Assembly: GCA_964057225.1 (NCBI GenBank)
Contig: OZ059899.1
Coordinates: 16,120,001 to 16,184,000, forward strand
Origin: Auanema rhodensis
Lineage: Eukaryota > Animalia > Nematoda
Reading direction: 5' to 3'
DNA length: 64,000 nucleotides
Shown here one piece after another: positions 54,211 to 64,000 of this stretch; the first letter of the stretch is position 1; every line of letters starts with the position of its first letter. Made by a program: the position numbers and the translations under genes. The notes under the pieces were generated by a model. That model had not been told where the DNA came from, did not search any database, and saw only the letters and a program-made list of their open reading frames with translations.

Positions 54211-56135
54211 TTACATCTTATTACGTTTCAAAGCCATCCCGTTTGCAATGGGTAGGCCATTTATCAGCTGCGGAGCATGGGGAATGTACATAGCTCCATG
54301 AGATGGAGACGACAAAATATCAACCTGAAAAGGTTCAATGAAACCAATTCCACATAAAAAGATACTACCCCAACAGGAGAATCTGATCTGAGATTCGTTC
54401 CAAGCATTGCACCTTTTAGGCAAACACAACGAAGCTCTCTTTCACGGAGTAGAGCTTTAAGATTTTCCAATTCTCGGCATAAAACCTGATTTCTTGTCTG
54501 TAACACCAAAAGTTAATTAAAATAGCACTTAATTATTATACCGATAACTGAGCTTTATCTTGTTCAAGGTTATGCACTCGAGTGATCATGTCATCATGCT
54601 CCTCCTTCTTCCGCTTACGGTATCGAACCGCAGCGGCCTTATTCCGTTCCAGAATCGTCATCCTACGAAAAAAGAACGATAGCGTATACTTAAGCACACC
54701 AATTACCTCCTATCATCTTGCGGTAAGTCTGCATTCAATGGTGCTCTTCCGCGACCGCGACCTCTTCCAGTCCCTGAAGGTGTGCTTCCACCAGTTGGAG
54801 GAGAAGCATCACTGAAAACATACGAAATAAAGATTTCAGAATATATCCTCACATTCTCGACCTTCGGTCATCTAAAGACATTAAACTCGTTGTTCCAGCG
54901 ATAGATACAGTTGGTATATTAGAACTACAAATCGAATCATCGGCAAAAACCTAATGATAATAAATTTATCGATCACTTTTGAGCAGGTTGTACCTTCTGA
55001 GAAATAAGAGGCTTAACATCGCGAGGATCGTATAAAGGATCTGCTTGGTGTAGAGTTAGTAAATTTGGCTGAGAAGAGAGAGATATATCTGAACTGGCAG
55101 GCGACCTTTTGCTAAAATTTATAATTTCCCTTGTTTAAAGATTCAATGATCATACTCTGAGGAAGGATCTCGAGCAGGAACAGATGCTTGTTGCTGAGGG
55201 GAATGACTAGGACTAATACCAACAACGGATGGCGGCGCTAGTAGACCTCCGCTCGTTGATGGATTGCTTGATGGACTAGAAGAAATAGCAATACCAATGA
55301 CTCCAGCTGAATTAGGAGCTGATCCAGGCGCAAGAGAAGAGAATATTGAAGCCAAATCGGGACTAAATATTTATAATGTCCGAAGAACCGTTAATAACGA
55401 ATGACTCACTTGCTTAAATAATTAATGGTATGCAAACGATCTGAGTGCATGTCGAGAACTGTATTCAAAACATCTGCTGTACGAGGGGCTTGATTAACAT
55501 CGACCGAGTTGCCATGATCTTTCATCTTAAATTAATTAATCTCAATTGTTTTCAGTTGTAAGATTACAGTCGTACCTTGTCTAGCAATTTAGAGATATCA
55601 GCAGTACTTAAATTCTCATTTACGCCGTCCACTTCCGTTCTCAGGATATTAATGTTAGAAAAGATGCCTGGTGATTCGGATAGGGAAGAGGGAATTTTAA
55701 GAAGGGACATCCCTAAACAATTAGATGAAGGATGTGACAGGAACATCATAATGCTCACCTGAGTTATTAGTACTTGGTAAACTGATTGATGAAGGTGCAA
55801 GTCCATTAGCTTCGAGAGTTCCGGCAGATATTCGGCGATTTGCTTCAGCAAATTTCGCTTCAAATGGATTAACCGATAAACATTTATGCATCAGCTCAGC
55901 TGTGGAAGGAAATTCTAAAACGCATTTATGAAAACCTTAAAACAATGATTAAAAAAACCTCCATTAGGGGTAGCACCACCGAGTGCACGTTGCATACTAG
56001 TGTCTGTATCCGGCGAATTAGTGGCAAGATGGACTTTCTGATAAGATAGTCTGATTAAAAATCAATTCCAAAAGGTGGTACCTTTTTTGTTTGAGGAGCA
56101 TCTGGCAGTCCGTTCGTTGTACCAACGGACGACAT
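54211..56135 (-). CDS. atf-7: bZIP transcription factor of the ATF2/ATF7 family
   Basis: [23 protein letters not shown]...[10 protein letters not shown]...RCVCLKG; [11 protein letters not shown] upstream. Confidence 0.88.
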
Positions 56136-56429
56136 TTTACTTATCATCTGCTAGGAAAGTTATTAACATGTCATGCTCTGCAACATTAGAATATTCAAAT
56201 AAAAGTTCATGATACTGTTGGAAAGTAATCGATATATTGCCCCGATAAAACGGTGTATTACGAATGTTGACTTAGAAATATTGAGCAATTATCTTAATTC
56301 AACAAAAAAAAAAGCTGAAGGCAACTTAAACAAAAAAAGTTAACAACGTGTGATAACATTAAACGAGACCGCAAAGCACTCAGGTGTAAAACAGATCAAA
56401 CGGTAAAAAAGCACTAAAGCAAGATTGAT

Positions 56430-59253
56430 TTAATGGGCATGTCCAGCTTCGTCATCGGGTACTCTAACATCATCAATCTTGAGAATCATACGAACAACCT
56501 TAAAACATTTTATGAGATTTGCGTAAAACAGATCTTGATCGCACCTGTGTAGCGAGAGAGATTTGTTCCTTCTTAGACAAGAGTGTTTCAATGACCTTCT
56601 GCTCCCTCATGTCGTTGGTTCCAGAGAAAGTAGCGTCAATACCAAGACGTGGATTCTTTTGGGCCAATTGTTTAGCCTAAAAATCCAATTAATGTTATCC
56701 AATTTGTGATTTGACACACCTTCAGGTCAGTGATGGCATCAATTGGAGATAATCCACTATTCTCAGCCAAAGCCATTGGAATAGCCTCAAGAGCATCAGC
56801 AAAGGCACGGAAAGAATATTGTTCAAGTCCTTCGATCTGGAAAAAAATACATGCAGTGCAAAAAATTGCAGATTCAATCAAAGTTTGGGAATATTCACAC
56901 AATACACACCTTATCAGCTTCGGCAGCAACTTCGAGAGCGCATGCAACTTCAGCAGCTCCACCACCATAAACAATTCTGTCATCTCTGACTAAATTGCGA
57001 ATGACGCACAAAGCATCATGAAGAGATCTCTTGGCTTCATCAATAATCATTTTATTTCCTCCTCGGATCATGATGGTAACAGCCTTCATGTTGGGGCATT
57101 GCTCGATGGAGAGCATTTCATCACGAGCAGTTCCGAAGGTAATTTCGCGTACAAGTCCAGCACTACCCAGCTTTTGTTCTGTGAGTTCCTCAAATCTGGA
57201 TAAAGACCTGTTTATAGCTATTAGTTTTAAAACCGTACCTTGGTACAATTCTTCCATTTGTGGCAATAGCAAGAAGTTCAATTTCTGGCCCTCCTACCCA
57301 TCGGACAGCAGGGAGCTTATGGTGATGTAAAAGATGATTAGCTTCGTCGTCGAATCCCCATTGGCAAATGGCAAGAGTAGCTCCACTAGCTTTAACCTAT
57401 AAAACCTTTGTTGAAAAACATAAACATTTGAAAAACTTACTTGTTGGATCATTTTCTCGAAGGTTTCTCTCTCATATTCTCTAAGCTTCTTGAAATCTTC
57501 AGTAGAGGTGATATCAAGCTTATGCTTGGTCTTTGGCTTGGGGGGCTCAAATGGACAAGTGAGAATGGCGACCTAAATCAACAATTACTTTGGGCAATTG
57601 CGAAGTTAAACAAACCTTAGCATTCTTGATTTCCTTGGGCATTTGGGGATGAGACATGGTTTTATCGATAACAATTCCCTTCACAAGCTGTGAATCCTCA
57701 AGGCGTCCTCCAACCTTTCCTTGCATCTTAATCAACTCGAAGTTGACATCACGCTTTTCAAGATCAGCAACTGATAAAACAGCATCTACAGCGATTTCAG
57801 CAAATTGACGAATTGAGCGATTTACACTTTAAAAAATATGATCATCTATGTTCAGATAGGTTTACATACATCTTAGATCCAAGGGAAGTCTGAGCAGTTT
57901 CTACGAGTCTTTCTCTATTTTGAACTGGGAAATTGTCAGCGATAGAGTCAAGAGTCTCCAAAGCCTACAAAGAAAACATTCAACAAATGTTTCTTCAGAT
58001 AATTACAAACCTTCTTGCAAGCCAAATCGAATCCATCAGCAATCTTAATAGGATGAATTCCCTTGTCAATGAGGTGTTCAGCTTCCTCTAAAAGAGCTCC
58101 GGCGAGAACTGAAAAAAATATTCATATGAAAAAGAAAACAAAAAAAATGAAGGGGAGAAAGAGCACAATAGGAAAGCAGCTGCATAATAGTTCGCAGAAC
58201 TGGCATAATCCTCTGCGCACACAAAATCGATAGCGTAGAAGCATAGAGAAAAAATGCGAGCAACCCACTCCGCGGGGAAAAGCTACACATCGTTGGACAA
58301 ACAATAAACCCTCAAATTAACAAAATTAACAATTAGTAACCAAATAGCTGATAGGCTGAGAAACACTTATTTTGAAAGTATCATGTATCAAAACATAAAC
58401 AAATGTTCTAGACCAAGATTGGGAAAGGTGTAGCATGTGAGAAAATCCTCACGGAATTTGGATAGAATCAACGGCTAAATCCATGATTCCCTCAAGAATT
58501 GGAATTAGCTTAATCTATGTTATTAACAAGAAATGGAATATTTAATATCCATTACAGCAACATAATCTAGGGTTTCGGAGCAAATACTGCAACAAAATTT
58601 CAGCGCCGCATGGTGACAAAAGAAAGAAATGCTAGTTAGAGCAAAATAAACGTTGATCATTGTCAATCAAAAAAAAACATCAATATATACTTAATCTTAA
58701 CTTATATGATTAATGTCATAAAGTCAAAAGAAGAGTGCAAATAACAAGTACTCAAATATTTTAAACAGAATAAGCCCAATACTAGTTTAAAAATGATACA
58801 AAGGCAAACACGTACCGACTACTCCAGTGGTTCCATCTCCAATTTCAGCATCTTGGGATTTGCTCAACTCAACCATTAACTTGGCAACATGGTGTTGGAC
58901 GTCCATTTTCTCCATGATGGTAGCACCATCGTTTGAGATTGTGACTTCACCGTCAGGGGAAACCTAGATAGAGGAATTGAAATTGAGTCATGGTGTGCAA
59001 TCTAACCAGCATTTTGTCCAATCCACGGGGTCCCAAGGAGGTTTTCAAAGTGTTGGCAACAGCCCTGGCGGCCATGATGTGTGTCTGAAACAATTAGATA
59101 CTTATTGGAACCCTAACGAGTCAGCTATCTTGAAGCATTCAATCGTACCTTTAAAGCTTCTACACCAGTCAGACGTTTCTGGTTTTCTTGATCCCTCATC
59201 AAGATGAACGGCTGTCCATACTCGTCGAAGATTAATTGAGCGGATGCCGCCAT
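56430..59253 (-). CDS. cct-5: Chaperonin CCT/TRiC epsilon subunit
   Basis: [50 protein letters not shown]. Confidence 0.97.
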
Positions 59254-59460
59254 GTTTGAAAGGAAAAAACCACCTGAATATGAAAAACAATTAAAATACG
59301 CATCAGAGACGACCGTTCCGCGCATAGTTAGACGAAAAATAATTTTTTTTTGGCTCAGGCGTGAAGGATAAACATGGCAAACCGAGTGTATATAAAATAA
59401 ATAAATTTGGAGGAACAATTGCCAAAGAAACAATCATACAAGATAAAATCAATTTTAGCC

Positions 59461-59473
59461 TTCTCGAATATTT
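59461..59473. promoter_or_regulatory. Possible heat-shock element upstream of cct-5
   Basis: TTCtcGAAtaTTT (alternating nGAAn with one mismatch) ~200 bp upstream of a chaperonin ATG. Confidence 0.3.
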
Positions 59474-59841
59474 GACGTCATTTGCTACAGCACCCCCGTG
59501 TTTTCGTGCTAGGACCAATTTTCTCTCGCCATACTATTTCCATTAACGCGCTCTTCTAGAGTTATCTTTTACTACGCAACCTCTTTTAATATTCTTACAT
59601 GCACTATGAAATTCTTCAATTGAAAAGAAATTGGAAAAAAAATTATTTTATTGAAAAAAGTTTATTCACACTGAACAACAAAACCTGAGGGTAAAACGAA
59701 AAGACTTTTGTATTACACATATTTCAAAACCTATATTATCAAAAACACATTAGCAAAGAAAAATATAAATAGAAAAATTAATGGGTCAATTATGGCACAA
59801 GATTCATTAAAACTAAAAAAATTAATTTAGGACTAAATTAA

Positions 59842-61348
59842 TTATTTCCGATCAAACGGGTTCTCCTTAACAACGACATTCTCTTGCTCAGTAAGAGCCA
59901 ACTCAAGTAGTTCAGATAATAGGTAAGGATCTGAAGAACGTAGTTCTCTCCATTTCTGAAATTTAAATAATTGACCAATAACTGAATTCACAAACATCAG
60001 TTGATTTAATTGCCGAACGATGTTGTAAGAAGAAATGCAATATATAAGTATGTAAGGTTTCATCTTGAATATCATATACAAGCTTAAAGATATCTAAAAC
60101 TGTGTCAACTGTTATTTTTTTACAAATCATGCACAGACAGACCGACGTTAGTTCTCGAACTAGTAATCTATAATATGATCGTTAAATTATTCATACCAGG
60201 AAGATGTAAAACCTGTCTGTTGCATAAATTAAGTCAGTAGATACATCCTCTTCGGAGGGTAGTTGTCCGCAATATATGTATTTCAGTATAATAGTCATTA
60301 TGGCAGAGTCAATATCCAATTTGACCTAAAAAATGAACTAAAAACTTTACATTTCTCCATTGATGCAACTTTTTTGCATTGTGGTTGACTTCGGAACATT
60401 GCTGCGAAAAATTCGGCGTGTTGGTAAAGAATTATTTTATGAACACGGAAAGCATCTCCTGAAGCTTCTATCACAAAATCACAAAGTTCGCCACTTTCCA
60501 AAAATGGTGAAAAATTATCTGAATGACGAACACAATGAAAATACATAAACTTAAATATGACGAACCATTAAATTTTTTAGGAGTAAAGACTGGAATAGCA
60601 ACTGCTGTACTTTCAGGATCGACCATTTCTGTGATAGCCTCAAAATAGAAATTTTACTGAACTTAGCGATACGGGGGCAAACCAATTTTTTAGAATATAT
60701 TGTTATTTCAACTTTGAAAGTAAAAACATCATTTGGTAAATAGGTAGCGGGAGAGGACTGCAAGCGTATAAAGGATGATTGAATTAAACTAGCATTAACT
60801 ACCAAAACTGCACTCGTTGATATTAGTCTACTAGCTGATAATATCGAATTTCGTTGGACTGTGATAATTTCATTTGATATTGCACATTTGTAAGTGGAAG
60901 CAACAAGTAAGATTTTATATTGCACTGATATCCTTATATGATCCTCTGGGCATTCTGGAAAATCTGAAAGTTGAAATTTTTTCGAAAGAATTAGTTGTAT
61001 ATACTTTTAATAACAAGATATGCTCCCAGATGCTCCTCAGCCATTTCTATAACTCCACTTGGAAAAAATTTTAATTGGAACTCGTAACCACCATCGCCGA
61101 AAAGCCTATATATCGAGTAAAAGTTAATTAAAACAAGCAAATTCTTACGCGCTCTCCAAGTGCTGTCCAGGGGGAAACATTTCACGCTGACCATGAAATT
61201 CAGAAATGCACCAGACATGATGAACTAAAATTTTTTTTGAAGAACTTCGTGAACTTGATAAATGATGAGGTGATCTAAACGGAGTCGATTAGAGATCTCA
61301 ATCAAAACATTCCTACCCTCCCGTAAAAGATGCCTCTTCCTCGAACAT
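59842..61348 (-). CDS. MATH/BTB (SPOP-like) protein (multi-exon)
   Basis: SGELCDFVIEASGDAFRVHKIILYQHAEFFAAMF (BTB); upstream YEFQLKFFPSG, YLPNDVFTFKVEI (MATH-like). Confidence 0.8.
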
Positions 61349-61751
61349 CCTACAAAAAACATTTTTTTTTGCAAAAATTAAACTTGCTATACAGTATTAT
61401 GGGAAAATCCCAAACAATTCAAGATACTCATTCACCAACATGCTGATGGAGCTCCTTTAAGGGGCATGATAAAAGAAAAATTTTAACATTGAACCTCGAT
61501 AGAAAACAATTCCATTCTCTCCAACGTTATATCTACATGTTACACGACACATAAGGTATACAAACCAGATGCACACCAAAAATTAAATGCTCAAAACTTG
61601 AACATTGGGATTAGACAAAATCAAAATATTCACCGAATATCAAATACTGCTTTATGAATATTAGTAAGAAAGCTTTTGAGTTAAGGAATTAGTGAAGTAA
61701 ACTAGAATAACGTAGGCATAATACCATGCAAATGATACTGTAGTGTTCTTT

Positions 61752-63757
61752 CTAACTCCGACATCTTTGCATCAGCTGCATCTGACACAGTCTAAAACAA
61801 TGTTTCTATTATAACTATAAGTACTGATACATACTTTCTCAGCATCCAGGATACTAGTAACTTTCTGAGCCATAGTGATAAGGGTATCTTCGAATGTTAG
61901 TTTTCGTAACCGAATTTCTTCTTCCAGCTTTTCCACTTCGCGCTCAGCTTCCTCAATTTTCTGAGACAAACACAGTAATGGTCAAACTTAAAAGAACATG
62001 CCTGATCAAACTTGTTTGCATCTCTCAGGTAATTTTCAATAGACTCCTTTTCATTTTCATAGTTATCTATAAAAAAAGAAAAAACCAATCAATAGGATAG
62101 AATAGAATATAAATTAGAATTGCCATTTTTAGAAATGATATGTTGTCTTTCTTTCTTTTGATCTTCTCTACATCTCTCTCTATTAATTTCCTTCCTTTTC
62201 AACGTTCGCTTACAGTCGGTCATCTTTTCAGTCTCTACACTGATCTGCGTTCTGCAAAATCATATCTTGAGATGTTTTAAGTCATAACCAACTCAATAGA
62301 GCGTATTTTCTGTCGAAGGGAATCGATACATTTTTCCATTCTTTCTTTAGCGATCTCAATATCATGACCAGTACGCAGTAATAAATTTTTTACTTTTCCC
62401 GACACCAATGCTTGCATTTCTCTGAAACAAGTGAAAAAACATGGGTTACTTTCATGTTCTTACTTAATATCTTTAGGGTTAATATCTTCCTCAATGTCAT
62501 CTGAAAATTCCTGTCTATGCATAAGAACCATGCTAACAAGTTCAGAGAAGCGAGAGGACAACTGAATACATTAAATGGAAGAAATAAATATTTTATATAC
62601 TAACCTGTGCGAAAGCCTGGTTTTCCACAGGATGTAATGACCAACGTTCTTTACAAACACTTTCTATATCACTCTGAAGCTGTCTAAGCAACACACGATT
62701 CTAAAAAATATTTATAAAGAAAATTCGAGTATTTCATACTGATTCATATTCAGACATCATCTGGCGAGCACACTCTCCTTGCAGGCCAGTTCCACGCTCC
62801 TGTTCGAGCATAGCATCTTTTGCATTTTGATGTTTTTTCTTCAACTCATCCATTTCCCCTTTCACTTCATCAACAGCTACTACCAATCCTTCCTAAAACG
62901 CAGAGGTACCCATATCGGAGTTATAAGTCTTACTCTTTCTTCGGAGAGACAAGCATATGAAGCCGTTAAAGCCTCAATATAACTACTAGCTTTTCTTATA
63001 TCATCGTCAACTTTGTTGAGATCTTCCACTAACTTATTTTCTGTCCCTGTCTAGATAATGAATAGTCTAAGGTTGACAAAATATATAATATAAGATACGT
63101 CTCGTTCGATTTCATCATTTTCTTTGCGGATGGATTCCAATGCGTCCTCAGCTGCTCTTAGCTGCCCGGCAATGTCCTCTTGAGTTTCAAACCATTGCCC
63201 TAACTCTAATTGATCCTCTGAAACATGAAAGCTTCACAATCAGAGTGATGAACAAAACTAACGATCAGAAAAAACAGCTCCTTTATTAGCACAAGATTCT
63301 TTAAATTTAGTTTGAAACCATGAATATCTAACCTACAAATTAACTTAAATACCAGATAACTGTCATTTTTTTATACCGCTCCAATATTTCCATTACTATT
63401 ATCACCACTTAATAAGATTTGGGGACCTACAACTTCTTCTAATGATTTGATAGCCTAATACAAGTAAGGTGAGTACATGAAAGATAAATCATATTCCCAC
63501 ATTCACCAAATCAATCAGCCAAGCTAGAGCATGTAATAAATAGTGCCAATTATGAGAGGCTCCGATAGGTTGAAGATAACTAGGTTTAATAGGAAAGGGA
63601 TAACTGAGAAAGTTGAATAACCGTGGAACCTGAGATATTTAATCAAGCGATAATTCAAAGTAGAGCTAACCTCTTCCAAAACTTTTTTATCGCCAAGAGC
63701 GTAATTAGGACTAATACATTCATAAATAACTTCTACTAAATATATAAAGTCCTTCAT
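61752..63757 (-). CDS. Coiled-coil protein, possibly divergent intermediate-filament-like (multi-exon; ends uncertain)
   Basis: Heptad-rich exons (KIEEAEREVEKLEEEIRLRK); STLNYRLIKYL weakly resembles IF coil 1A. Confidence 0.45.
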
Positions 63758-64000
63758 GGTTGGTCTCGTAACTTGAGAGGGATTTATGCCTTCCTATATC
63801 AGCTATAGGAAAGTCGGATTATCAGAAAAAAACAAACCTCTCCTTCTATTTGTGTAACAAACTCAATAATTTTTTTAATATATTCTTGCTGTTTATGCTT
63901 ATCACTAGTATCTACCTAAACTAAGTAGTTATGTTGTAACCGTAATTTACATTTACAACATACTCTTGTGGGATTAGCGGGCTGTTTGAACACAGACATA

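Overview
AT-rich eukaryotic genomic DNA with ~40-46 nt spliceosomal introns and nematode-type genes (nhr-239-like, ground-like, serpentine receptor), so most likely a rhabditid nematode. Bases 1-19201 are a tandem array of tRNA-Leu genes (minus strand, 177-bp period, mixed AAG/TAG anticodons). A complete, apparently intact 15.7-kb Maverick/Polinton (533-16239) sits inside one tRNA gene, in the A-box/D-arm. It has ~1-kb TIRs, AG...CT termini and a perfect 6-bp TSD (CTCGGC). It encodes a 14-exon protein-primed PolB (~1369 aa, with OTU-like and Vsr-like domains), major and minor capsid proteins, adenain-like protease, packaging ATPase, chromodomain integrase, a C2H2 zinc-finger protein and core-like proteins. 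It also encodes a spliced orphan protein with an APC/C D-box-like motif and CDK consensus sites. Two further unrelated inserts interrupt other tRNA copies at almost the same position. The rest of the window (19.6-64 kb) is ordinary host gene content: importin-13-like, TANGO6, PITP, nhr-239, a membrane protein, a serpentine GPCR, a solo tRNA-Leu, a CRIB protein, UGPase, a ground-like protein, atf-7, cct-5, a BTB protein and a coiled-coil protein. Spliced gene models were assembled by hand, and host gene boundaries are approximate.
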